From: Terriglobia bacterium
GTDB lineage: Bacteria > Acidobacteriota > Terriglobia > 20CM-2-55-15
Direction of reading: 5' to 3'
Length of the DNA: 64,000 bases
Assembly (NCBI GenBank): GCA_963664115.2
Contig: CAXWPJ010000007.1
Coordinates: forward strand, 32,001-96,000
Every line of letters begins with the position of its first letter. Position 1 is the first letter of the stretch. Both the position numbers and the translations under genes were made by a program. Positions 29,956 through 39,037 of this stretch are shown one piece after another. The notes under the pieces were generated by a model. That model saw only the letters and a program-made list of their open reading frames with translations. It did not search any database and had not been told where the DNA came from.

Positions 29956-30219
29956 ATGTCTGCGTTTTCACACGGGACCCTGACCCCTGGGGACAGAACA
30001 AGTCCCCATTGGGTGCGTTGCCTTAGATGCGGTGCCCGCTTCGATGTATTCGGCGCCCCATGGTGCCCCTGTCGGTCCGGGCATAGAACGAAGCGGTGCC
30101 CGCACTGTGGGGAGTGTCTGTGTTCTCGACCGGAATATCAGGACCCGAATTATTGGGTGGATCCACCGGATGCATTCCGGAGGCACGGTTTCAAGGCCTT
30201 GCTGGTGTTTTACATCTGA
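29956..30219 (+). CDS. Small Cys-rich putative zinc-binding protein
   Basis: CLRC, CPC, CPHC, CLC. Confidence 0.6.
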   Translation: MSAFSHGTLTPGDRTSPHWVRCLRCGARFDVFGAPWCPCRSGHRTKRCPHCGECLCSRPEYQDPNYWVDPPDAFRRHGFKALLVFYI

Positions 30220-30241
30220 GGAAGGGTACGACGCCCGGACC

Positions 30242-31150
30242 TTACTCTCGCACTTCGCGCGGCAGCGTTTGCCGCATCACGAATTCGCGCGCAATCGTAT
30301 CGCCCTCAGGTCCTGCAACATGAAATCGGAATCCGGGATTGTCCGCCTCTCCTGTCCGCTCCAGCGGATAGACACCTCGGAGATTTCTAAGCCGGAGTGT
30401 CGTTTCATACTGATGTTCTTCGAGGTTCCAGACGAAGACTCGAATGCCGTCATACGCGATGTCCGATGCGGCATCGGAGCGCCGTTCGGCGACGACATAC
30501 CAATCGATAAGGCCTGCAACAGGATCCTGGACCTGACGGAGTTGCTGAACCGCAACGTAGGTACGGCCCTCCATAAACGGCAGCAGCGGTTCGGGGGCAT
30601 CGAATTCGATCAGCTGGGAATAGACCCAACCGATTTCATTCTCCGATGGACGTACTTTGAACCAAACGTCGGTTGCGGTGCTTTCAGGTCGATCCGTCGT
30701 GCTGCGTTCGAGTACCTGGAGCGCGGTGCGACGGCGCAGCCGTCGGATGATGTCGGTGTCACGGCCGGGAGCGAGCCTTAAATTGACTTCCTCGCTTGCC
30801 TGCGCCGTGTTCTGAATCGGCAGAGTTGAGGCTTCGGAAACACTCATCTGCATCGCTGCCATCGTGCGATCGCGAAGAATCGTGCTCTCATCCATCCAGC
30901 CTTCTAGCTGATCGCGGTCGCGAACGCGGTACCATGTGCCCCGTTTCTCAAGGATTGCGACCCGTTCACCCTCATACAATGTATACATGGTGCGCGATGC
31001 AGAACTGGCGTCGACGCGCAGGGAAGTGTTGTCTCTTAAGACAGTGGCCTCGTCGATCGCAGGTTCCGGCTCAGGCAGGCACCCGGTGATCATGAAGCTG
31101 AGGCTGAGCCAAACAATCAAGATGTGACGCATGCTGCGCATAGAATACAA
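30242..31150 (-). CDS. SH3b-domain lipoprotein
   Basis: Lipobox ITGC; two SH3-like repeats (WYRV...GW, NLRLAPG...WFKV...GWV). Confidence 0.82.
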   Translation of the reverse strand: MYSMRSMRHILIVWLSLSFMITGCLPEPEPAIDEATVLRDNTSLRVDASSASRTMYTLYEGERVAILEKRGTWYRVRDRDQLEGWMDESTILRDRTMAAMQMSVSEASTLPIQNTAQASEEVNLRLAPGRDTDIIRRLRRRTALQVLERSTTDRPESTATDVWFKVRPSENEIGWVYSQLIEFDAPEPLLPFMEGRTYVAVQQLRQVQDPVAGLIDWYVVAERRSDAASDIAYDGIRVFVWNLEEHQYETTLRLRNLRGVYPLERTGEADNPGFRFHVAGPEGDTIAREFVMRQTLPREVRE

Positions 31151-31285
31151 GAGGAGCGCCCCTGGCCCACCACAAGAAAGAGGGCGATTGCTGAACTTGG
31201 CCCGGCTTTGGGGAACTTCGCCTAACGGGAATCAAGCGACGCCTCTCGTTTCAAATTATATCTGCGATGGGCTAAAATTGGTCCC

Positions 31286-31552
31286 ATGACTGAAGCCGCA
31301 ACGGATCCGCCGAAGGAATTTGAAGCCGCGCTCGGGCGCCTCGAAGAGATTGTGGGTTCACTGGAAGACGGTGAGCTTGGCCTGGAAAACGCACTGGAGC
31401 TCTTTGAAGAGGGAATCCGCCTGTCACGTTTCTGTCATGGCAAGCTGGAGCAGGCCCAACGCCGTGTTGAACTCCTGCTCAAAGACGCAGCCGGCGATGT
31501 CAAACCTGTCCTGTTTGACGCGGGAGCGGAGTCGCCGCACGAGCACGAGTGA
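31286..31552 (+). CDS. xseB: Exodeoxyribonuclease VII small subunit
   Basis: FEAALGRLEEIVGSLEDGELGLE...FEEG. Confidence 0.95.
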   Translation: MTEAATDPPKEFEAALGRLEEIVGSLEDGELGLENALELFEEGIRLSRFCHGKLEQAQRRVELLLKDAAGDVKPVLFDAGAESPHEHE

Positions 31553-32442
31553 AGACTGCCAACGTCACATCTTTCTTCGAACAGACAGTGCCTGCGGTGG
31601 AAGAGACTCTGTTTCACATACTTCCTGCGGAAACCCGAGTTCCAACACAGCTTCACCTCGCGATGCGCTATAGCGTGTTTGCGGGTGGGAAGAGACTGCG
31701 TCCAGCACTCTGCGTTGCCGGCTATTCCGCCTTTCGTTCCGACTGGGAAAACGTTCTTCCCATTGCGGCATCGCTTGAATTAGTGCACACCTATTCCCTG
31801 ATTCACGATGACTTACCGTCCATGGATGATGACGATTTCCGCCGCGGGATGCCTTCCTGTCACCGGAAATTCGGCGAGGCGATCGCAATATTGGCCGGGG
31901 ACGCATTGCTCACGCTCGCCTTCGAAACAATCGCGCGTTCGGAGCGATTTTCTCCGGAGAAGATTCTTGCTGCCTGCGCCATGGTCGCTCAAGCGGCCGG
32001 CACACCGACAGGAATGATCGCTGGCCAGGTGCTCGATCTCGAAGCGGCCGGTACGGCAGTCGAGTCCGAACATCTCGACTTGATCCATCGCTCCAAGTCC
32101 GGGGCACTGATCGAGGCTTCGATCGTCCTCGGCGCTCACCTCGGTGAAGCCGGTCCCGATGAAATGCAACAGATTCGAGCGTACGGTCAGCACATCGGTC
32201 TTGCTTTTCAGATCGCGGATGACATTCTCGACGAAACCGGGAAAGGGGAAGATCTGGGTAAGACGCCCGGCAAGGACCGCGACCAACGCAAGGCAACCTA
32301 TCCGCTGATTCACGGTATTGAAGAATCTCGGCGGATGCTTCGCGAATTGACCGCGAAAGCGGCCGAGAGTGTCTCCCGAATCGGTGAGGGCGCCGGGTTG
32401 CTGGTGGAAATTGCGGATTACGTGGAGACACGCTCCCATTGA
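31549..32442 (+). CDS. ispA: Farnesyl diphosphate synthase
   Basis: GGKRLRP, HDDLPSMDDDDFRRG, FQIADDILD, GKTPGKD. Confidence 0.95.
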   Translation: MKTANVTSFFEQTVPAVEETLFHILPAETRVPTQLHLAMRYSVFAGGKRLRPALCVAGYSAFRSDWENVLPIAASLELVHTYSLIHDDLPSMDDDDFRRGMPSCHRKFGEAIAILAGDALLTLAFETIARSERFSPEKILAACAMVAQAAGTPTGMIAGQVLDLEAAGTAVESEHLDLIHRSKSGALIEASIVLGAHLGEAGPDEMQQIRAYGQHIGLAFQIADDILDETGKGEDLGKTPGKDRDQRKATYPLIHGIEESRRMLRELTAKAAESVSRIGEGAGLLVEIADYVETRSH

Positions 32443-33170
32443 TGAAAACGCGTATCGATAAACTTCTGGTTGATCGCGGACTGGTCGAGTCGCGTGAACG
32501 GGCGCGCGCACTGATCATGGCGGGCGACGTGCTTGTTGAAGACACGCCGGTTCGAAAAGCGGGCACGGGTGTGGATAGCCACGCGTCTGTGCGCTTGCGA
32601 CGTCCACCACATCCCTTCGTGAGCCGAGGAGGAGTCAAACTCGATGGCGCCTTGGAAACCTTAGGCATCAACCCGAAAGGCTGGATTGCGGCCGACATCG
32701 GTTCTTCCACGGGCGGCTTCACGCATTGCCTCCTGCTCCGAGGTGCGCAACACGTGTATGCTGTCGACGTTGACCCCACTCAACTGGATTGGAAGCTCCA
32801 GACAGACCCGCGCGTGACGCAGATCGAAGGCAACGCGCGATACATGGAACCGCACTGGATTCCCGAACCTGTGGATCTGGTTACCGTGGACGTCTCATTC
32901 ATCTCTCTGGACAAGATCCTGCCCGCTGTTTCCCCCACACTCGGTGAGGGAGCACGGTGCCTCGCCCTGGTCAAACCGCAGTTTGAAGTCGGAAGAGCGC
33001 ATGTTCCCCGAGGTGGCGTTGTGACCGACCCGGTGTTGCACGATGAGGCCGTCGCTGCGGTGATTGCCCGGGCCGAAGAACTCGGCTTACGACATCGCGC
33101 CACCTGCCCTTCTTCGATTACCGGAAAAGAAGGCAACAGGGAGTTTTTTGTACTGTTGGTAAGACAATGA
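32439..33170 (+). CDS. tlyA: TlyA family rRNA 2'-O-methyltransferase
   Basis: S4 domain; FVSRGGVKL, DIGSSTGGFT, DVSFISL, LVKPQFE, GNREF. Confidence 0.95.
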   Translation: MMKTRIDKLLVDRGLVESRERARALIMAGDVLVEDTPVRKAGTGVDSHASVRLRRPPHPFVSRGGVKLDGALETLGINPKGWIAADIGSSTGGFTHCLLLRGAQHVYAVDVDPTQLDWKLQTDPRVTQIEGNARYMEPHWIPEPVDLVTVDVSFISLDKILPAVSPTLGEGARCLALVKPQFEVGRAHVPRGGVVTDPVLHDEAVAAVIARAEELGLRHRATCPSSITGKEGNREFFVLLVRQ

Positions 33171-34027
33171 AGATTGAAACTGTTGGCATTATCACGAAGC
33201 CGGGTGCGCCCGAAGTCGCCCAGGTGGCCGCGCGACTCACCGACTGGTTTTCCGAACGCAATGTTACGGTCCTCTTGGAGGCTGAAACTGCACAGCAAAG
33301 CGGCCGGGTCGCGTCCGGTGTGAGCGACGAGGAATTCGGCCATCGCCCCGATCTGGCCGTTGTTGTGGGAGGCGACGGAACTCTGCTGGCGGGAGCCCGC
33401 CTTCTTGCTGGCCGTGAGATACCGATTCTCGCTATCAATTATGGCGGACTGGGTTTTCTCACGGGCGTGACCATGCAGGAATTGTACACGGATCTGGAAC
33501 GCGTCCTGGCAGGCGAATTCGTCAGTGAGCGCCGGATGATGATCGAGGTAAAGCAAAATCGTGGTGGAAGCCCGATCGCGTCACACCGGGCGTTGAACGA
33601 CGTCGTCATCAACAAGGGCACGCCCGCCCGCATGATCGAAGTGGAAGTCAGAGTGGATGACGAGTACATGGCCACCTTTCGTGCTGATGGCTTGATCGTC
33701 GCCACTCCAACAGGGTCCACGGCCTACAATCTTTCCGCCGGCGGGCCGATCGTCCACCCGAATTTGAACGCTGTTCTCATGACGCCGATCTGTTCGCACA
33801 CCTTGACAAACCGCCCGATCGTACTTCCCGAGGGCGTTCGAATCGTTGTGATCTTTAATTCACAAGGTGAAGAGGGCGTTTATGCAACCGTGGACGGTCA
33901 GGTGGGTTTGTTGCTGGAAGGTGGCGATAAGCTGGAGGTTCGGGCCGCCCGGGAGCGAGTCCAGCTGATCGCTCCCCTTGGGAAGAGTTATTTCGATGTG
34001 TTGCGCGGGAAACTCAAATGGGGATGA
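33167..34027 (+). CDS. nadK: NAD+ kinase
   Basis: GGDGT, LND, DGLIVATPTGSTAY. Confidence 0.96.
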   Translation: MKIETVGIITKPGAPEVAQVAARLTDWFSERNVTVLLEAETAQQSGRVASGVSDEEFGHRPDLAVVVGGDGTLLAGARLLAGREIPILAINYGGLGFLTGVTMQELYTDLERVLAGEFVSERRMMIEVKQNRGGSPIASHRALNDVVINKGTPARMIEVEVRVDDEYMATFRADGLIVATPTGSTAYNLSAGGPIVHPNLNAVLMTPICSHTLTNRPIVLPEGVRIVVIFNSQGEEGVYATVDGQVGLLLEGGDKLEVRAARERVQLIAPLGKSYFDVLRGKLKWG

Positions 34028-34221
34028 GCTTGTTCCGACGTGGAAGGGAAGTGTTCCTTCGCCTGTCTCCGAATTCGCAAAACGACCAGTCCCAGGCACG
34101 CACCCGGGCTGCGGCAGTGTATCGACATGCCGACGATGCCGGGCTGCCTGCTATACTGCCGTCGCAACATCGGGTAAGCATGGGGCAGGGGTCGGTCTGG
34201 ATCAGGAGGCATCGCTAAGAC

Positions 34222-34428
34222 GTGAAGGAAAAATCACCACGACAGACCGTTTGCAACGAGGCTGGAAGCACTCCCAAGAAACCTTACTGTGGTGGCAAAC
34301 TCAAGCGAATCACGGAACTCGAGCCTGAAATCGCCCAGGCTGCAGGCAAGGGCATGGATGTGCTCCGATGTCAGGTGTGCGGGGCCTTATACACCGAGGC
34401 GAGCCCGTACGCGGCTCTCAAGAGATAG
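34222..34428 (+). CDS. Small putative zinc-ribbon protein
   Basis: C-x11-C...CQVC; AGGAGG upstream of GTG. Confidence 0.55.
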   Translation: MKEKSPRQTVCNEAGSTPKKPYCGGKLKRITELEPEIAQAAGKGMDVLRCQVCGALYTEASPYAALKR

Positions 34429-34440
34429 GCCCGGTCCCCG

Positions 34441-35265
34441 TTATGCCGGTATAGGTGCTTCGTTGACGCGTCGGATGGCCCGGGAGACGGCGACTTCGAT
34501 CAAACTTTGTTCGTAAGCGTCTGCTTCCAACTCTGCCATTTCCAGCAGTTCGACTGCGGCGACTGCCGCGACCATCTTCACATTTTTGTCGTTCAGAGGC
34601 TTGCGGTTCAGGGCCCGTGAGGCTGCCGGCGCATGTACGGGGATGACCGTGGAACTGGACACGATGATTTCCGAATCCATCACCACGTTGCGCCGCAACC
34701 GTGTCTTCACAGAAGCGGACACTGTCGGTCGTCCGCCTCCGGGATTGACCCTGAAGAAACCAACGCGCCACTTGGGATCAAGCTTCGTGAATTCCACAGA
34801 CGAGGGAAACTCGCCCGGATTCAAGCCGCTGGCCGCAGCCATGAGAAATTCCTTGATCGGTATCGTTTGATTGCCCGTAAGGGACTGCACGCGGACCGTG
34901 GCGCCCAGGTTTACCAGTGCGGTGGCCAGATCGAAGTAGTGCGAATCGAGCAAAAGCGCCGCAAAAACAGTGACCCGGTTTCGGACAAGCGGGTTGGCCA
35001 TCATGGATATTGCCTGCTTCAAGAGACCGTTTTCTCCCTTGACCTGCCTCAGGACTTCCCCGAAATGGGCCCCGGCGCCGATTTTGACTTTCGCGCCCCT
35101 GGAACTCACATTGTCAAACCCTCGAATGCGGCCGACGTTGATCAGCACTCTGTTGGAGACAGTCTTCGTGGCGTCGGCACTGGCGACGACGGACGCACGT
35201 TCACCGTGCTTCGCCAGAACGCGGGCTAAGCCTGTAAGTGTCTGTGGTATCTGTGTTTTCGGCAT
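34441..35265 (-). CDS. CoxM/XdhB-like FAD-binding subunit, divergent
   Basis: IGAGA, ANPLVRNRVT, C-terminal ASRAL...; AGGT motif absent. Confidence 0.75.
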   Translation of the reverse strand: MPKTQIPQTLTGLARVLAKHGERASVVASADATKTVSNRVLINVGRIRGFDNVSSRGAKVKIGAGAHFGEVLRQVKGENGLLKQAISMMANPLVRNRVTVFAALLLDSHYFDLATALVNLGATVRVQSLTGNQTIPIKEFLMAAASGLNPGEFPSSVEFTKLDPKWRVGFFRVNPGGGRPTVSASVKTRLRRNVVMDSEIIVSSSTVIPVHAPAASRALNRKPLNDKNVKMVAAVAAVELLEMAELEADAYEQSLIEVAVSRAIRRVNEAPIPA

Positions 35266-35455
35266 TAGACTGTATCCAATCTGCAGGACGGAAAAACCGG
35301 TCGGATTCTAGAGATCACGGCGCCGAAAGTCAAGTCAAACCGGTATGTGTCGGGTATGAAGTGACTCCGGAGGGTCGGTCCGGCAGGCAACGAGGCCAGG
35401 TGAACGGTCCCTTTCCGACTTCTCTCTTCCCGGTACTGTTGCTACACTGTGCGGG

Positions 35456-36280
35456 ATGGAAGTCGATCTTTTTGATGAACTTGTGAGCTTGCGCCAGAAG
35501 GGCCAGAGAGCAGCGCTGGCGACGATCATCCAGGTTCAGGGCGCTGGGGTGTCAAGCTTTCAATCCGGAAAGATGTTGGTCCGGGAAGACGGTTCTGTCC
35601 TCGGGACAGTCGGTGGTGGTGCGGTTGAAGCGGATGTCTGGGCTGCGGCTCAGGAAGCAATCAAGGATGAGAAATCCCGCGTGTTGCGCTTCGACCTGAG
35701 CAATGACCCGATGGCCGACAGTGGACTCGTCTGCGGGCAAAAATTGGAGATATTCGTAGAGCCCGTGCTTCCCGTGCCGCGAATTGTAATTTTTGGCGCC
35801 GGCCATATATCCGTCCAGTTGTCGAAGATAGCGACTGTTGCCGGATTCAGGAGTTGGGTCGTCGACGATCGACCGCTCTATGCGAACGATGACCGTTTTC
35901 CTGAGGCGGAGCGCATTTTCGCCGACAGCTTCGAAAATACGTTTCCCCGGATTGAACCGGACCAGAACACCTATCTCATCATTGTGACGCGTGGACACCA
36001 GGACGATGAGAGCGTCCTGAGGTGGGGTGTGGACACCGATGCGCATTACATCGGAATGATCGGCAGCAAGAAAAAGATTCGAACAGTCGTCCGCAAATTG
36101 GAGTCCGAAGGCATCTCAGGGGAAAGACTGGGACGCGTTCACATGCCGATCGGTCTGGACATTGGAGCGATCGCACCCGAAGAAATAGCGGTGGCTATCG
36201 TGGCCGAAATGATTCATTACCGACGCCGGGGCCAGAAGCATCCGATCAGCAAGAAGACCTACGAAACAAGCCAATCCTGA
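35456..36280 (+). CDS. XdhC/CoxF family Moco chaperone
   Basis: GTVGGGAVE, FGAGH, VTRGH, YIGMIGSKKK, PIGLDIGA. Confidence 0.92.
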   Translation: MEVDLFDELVSLRQKGQRAALATIIQVQGAGVSSFQSGKMLVREDGSVLGTVGGGAVEADVWAAAQEAIKDEKSRVLRFDLSNDPMADSGLVCGQKLEIFVEPVLPVPRIVIFGAGHISVQLSKIATVAGFRSWVVDDRPLYANDDRFPEAERIFADSFENTFPRIEPDQNTYLIIVTRGHQDDESVLRWGVDTDAHYIGMIGSKKKIRTVVRKLESEGISGERLGRVHMPIGLDIGAIAPEEIAVAIVAEMIHYRRRGQKHPISKKTYETSQS

Positions 36281-36378
36281 TTGGCATTTATCAATGTCCG
36301 GTTAACCAATTCGTTTCATTTTACGTCCAAGACGGTGATGTCTGTCCGTGCGAGAACCGGTCGAGGTGAACAAGTCCT

Positions 36379-36936
36379 ATGCGGATCTACACAAAATTTG
36401 GTGACCGCGGAGAAACCCGCCTCTTCGATGGCACGCGCGTTCCCAAGTCCAATATCCGTGTTGCCGCCTACGGAAACGTGGACGAACTGGCCTCGGTATT
36501 GGGAGCCGCGGCGGCCTTTATCGAGGATGAACCGATCTGTGGGGTGTTGAACGATATCCAGAGGCAACTGCTGACGCTGGGAGCTCAGTTGGCCAACCCG
36601 CACTCGGACAATATCAACACTGCCCAAGGTGGGAATCCCGACAAGGCCCGGTTGGCAAAGGAGTCGGTGACCAACATGGAGGCCTGGATCGACGGCTATG
36701 AGGCAGAGCTTCCAGAACTTCAAAAATTTATTTTGTCAGGGGGCGGGCCTGCTGGGGCTATGGTACACCTCGCCCGGACTGTTTGCCGCCGTGCGGAGCG
36801 CGGCGTGGTCAGTCTGGGTCAGGAAACATCCCTGGATCCGCTCATCATCGAGTATTTAAATCGACTTTCGGACTTCTTGTTCGTACTGGCCCGAACAGTC
36901 AATCACAGGGAAGGGATAAAGGAAATCCAATGGTGA
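36379..36936 (+). CDS. pduO: Cob(I)alamin adenosyltransferase, PduO type
   Basis: IYTKFGDRGET, YGNVDEL, ARTVCRRAER, YLNRLSDFLF. Confidence 0.93.
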   Translation: MRIYTKFGDRGETRLFDGTRVPKSNIRVAAYGNVDELASVLGAAAAFIEDEPICGVLNDIQRQLLTLGAQLANPHSDNINTAQGGNPDKARLAKESVTNMEAWIDGYEAELPELQKFILSGGGPAGAMVHLARTVCRRAERGVVSLGQETSLDPLIIEYLNRLSDFLFVLARTVNHREGIKEIQW

Positions 36937-37475
36937 AACGAATCGCTCTGGTTCTACTGGCAGTTGTCGTCGTGGCCTCGCCGGCCACGGCTCAGGACTT
37001 TTCATCACTCGACGTTTCATTTGGTTATGGCAACTACGGTGTCGAAGACCAGCCCGCGGGCCCTACGTCGTTAACAACCGACCGTGTGCACGGCTTCGCG
37101 ATGCACACCACGTTCAACCTTATGAGTTGGCTTGGACTCGAAAACTTTACGGGTGCGTACGCGCTCAACAACGACGTGACCCTGATCACGAACACCTTCG
37201 GTGCAAAGCTGATTGCCCGTGACGTGCTTGAAGGGCGGATATCGCCGTATCTTGCAGGCGGGATCGGCGTGGGTTATTACACCAGCAATCAAACGGGTGG
37301 TGGCTTCAGTACAATGGCGGCCCGGTACGGCGGCGGGATCGACTTCAACTTGAACGGCGGCATGGCCATTCGTGTGGACGTCGGAGGCCTTGCGATGGGG
37401 AGCGGGTTGTTCACAAATGGATGGCGATCCAATCTGAACGTCACGACTGGAATCGTTTTTAACCTTGGCGGTTAA
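36930..37475 (+). CDS. Outer-membrane beta-barrel protein
   Basis: Signal peptide ending ATAQ; SPYLAGGIG; C-terminal GIVFNLG. Confidence 0.8.
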   Translation: MVKRIALVLLAVVVVASPATAQDFSSLDVSFGYGNYGVEDQPAGPTSLTTDRVHGFAMHTTFNLMSWLGLENFTGAYALNNDVTLITNTFGAKLIARDVLEGRISPYLAGGIGVGYYTSNQTGGGFSTMAARYGGGIDFNLNGGMAIRVDVGGLAMGSGLFTNGWRSNLNVTTGIVFNLGG

Positions 37476-37738
37476 ATCGCAACGAATACGGCCCAGTGAG
37501 AGGCGCCGAGCAAATAATTTGTGCGGCCACCGTCAATCTGATAGGCTCGTGGCGATTTGTGAGAGATTAGCCCGCCAACAGGCTCGCATCGGAGTGTCGA
37601 CTGGAATGTTTCCGCGTTTCACCCTCACATGAGCGTGTCCGTTCGCAATAAGAGCAATATCTCTTGAATGACAACAGGCTAAGGTAAATTCCGGTCCGGA
37701 CCGAGCGGTCCGCAGACCACAGGCAAGAGAAGGAATTC

Positions 37739-38062
37739 ATGGGTAAGAAACTGTACGTTGGAAACCTGCCCTATCAGACAACTGAGGGTGACTTGGAACA
37801 GTTGTTTGGCGAGATGGGCGCTGTTGAGTCGGTCCGGATCATCACCGATCGGGAAACCGGTCGCAACAGGGGATTCGGGTTCATCGAAATGAACAGCGAT
37901 GAAGATGCGGACAAGGCCATCGAAAAATTCAACCAGTACGAGTTGGAAGGCCGCGCGTTGACGGTAAACGAAGCGCGTCCCCGCGAGGACCGCGGTGGCG
38001 GTGGTGGCGGCGGTGGGGGCGGTGGGGGCGGGGGCTATCGGCGCGACGAGCCCCGCTGGTAG
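37739..38062 (+). CDS. RRM RNA-binding protein with Gly-rich tail
   Basis: RNP2 LYVGNL, RNP1 RGFGFIEM, VNEARPR. Confidence 0.95.
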   Translation: MGKKLYVGNLPYQTTEGDLEQLFGEMGAVESVRIITDRETGRNRGFGFIEMNSDEDADKAIEKFNQYELEGRALTVNEARPREDRGGGGGGGGGGGGGGYRRDEPRW

Positions 38063-38074
38063 GTCAGAATCTTC

Positions 38075-38698
38075 TCAAGAAATACGAGCGCGGCCGCCCG
38101 ATTGCTTTAGAAACTCTTCCAGCGCTTCATAGGGATGCGCGCCGACCAGTTTCTGGCCATCTACAGCGAAGGTGGGCACACCCGTCACGCCCTGGGTTCT
38201 GGATTTTGCCCAGTCGGCATCGACCGCATCCCGGAAGTGGCGTGCCTCGAGCACCTCGCGAGCACGAACGGGAGACAGTCCGACGGATTCGGCTAATGCG
38301 ACAAGTATCCCGAGCTCCCCGATATTCTTTCCGTCCACAAAATACGTTCTGAACAACGCGTCGTGGATCGCCTCACCTCCAGGCTGGGTCTCGGCCCAAC
38401 ACCCCAACTCCTGGGCCAGGCGGCTGTTGTAGGTATGTGTCCGCACGCCATAGGGCAAACCCTCTGCATCCGCCAGTCCTTTAAGGCGTGCATTCATGGC
38501 GCCGATGTCCCGACCGCTTCCGGCAAACATGTCTTCCAAAGACCGCCCTTCGGGAGGCGTTTCCGGATGCAAGGGAAAGTGCACCCAGCGGATGGTGATG
38601 TCGAATGCCTTTTTCAGTCGTTCAATACGCCCGGTACTGAGGTAGCACCAGGGTCAGACGTAGTCGCTGAAGACTTCGAACGGTATAGCTGTGTTCAT
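38075..38698 (-). CDS. DsbA/FrnE-family oxidoreductase, probable selenoprotein (UPWC)
   Basis: ATG 38698 gives MNTAIPFEVFSDYV-TGA-PWCY, in frame with ORF 38075..38584 (FPLHP, GVTGVPTF, GAHP). Confidence 0.88.
38622..38640 (-). promoter_or_regulatory. Candidate bacterial SECIS hairpin
   Basis: UCAGUAC-CGGGC-GUAUUGA; loop starts 20 nt after UGA, G at loop position 2. Confidence 0.6.
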
Positions 38699-38704
38699 CG
38701 CATT

Positions 38705-38792
38705 AAAATGGGGTCAGAGCCCTATTTCCCCATTTAACTAACACGAATAACTGTACGGACAAATAAGGGAAATAGGGCTCTGACCCCATTTT
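38705..38792. repeat. 26-bp perfect inverted repeat with 36-nt spacer (REP/MITE-like)
   Basis: AAAATGGGGTCAGAGCCCTATTTCCC ... GGGAAATAGGGCTCTGACCCCATTTT. Confidence 0.85.
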
Positions 38793-38930
38793 CCCATAAT
38801 ACAGGGGACTGCAGGCGTGATAAATCGTGAGTCGCGGCATTCGGACCCCGGCGAGTACGAGTTTCCGTCGGCAATGCGCGGGGACCGCTCTTGCCTTCTA
38901 ATCGCTTCGCCTCATATCATCAGAGGGTCA

Positions 38931-39003
38931 GGGCGGTTAGCTCAGTTGGAAGAGCGTTCGGTTTACACCCGAAAGGTCACAAGTTCGAGCCTTGTACCGC
39001 CCA
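38931..39003 (+). tRNA. tRNA-Val (TAC)
   Basis: GGGCGGT/ACCGCCC acceptor stem, TTCGG-ttTACac-CCGAA, GTTCGAGC; CCA not encoded. Confidence 0.96.
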
Positions 39004-39037
39004 TTCCTTTCATTGTTGCAGCCCGCCAAAGGCCCAG

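Noticed and set aside
32439-33170. TlyA as a haemolysin/virulence factor
   Set aside because: Standard rRNA methyltransferase in a housekeeping operon
34180-34428. Read-through of the in-frame TAA at 34216 joining two small ORFs
   Set aside because: TAA is not a Sec/Pyl codon, and AGGAGG upstream of GTG 34222 explains an independent start
37992-38035. GGC/GGT low-complexity repeat
   Set aside because: Encodes the ordinary Gly-rich tail of an RRM protein
38931-39003. tRNA-Val as an island integration site
   Set aside because: No duplicated 3' fragment or integrase seen in the window
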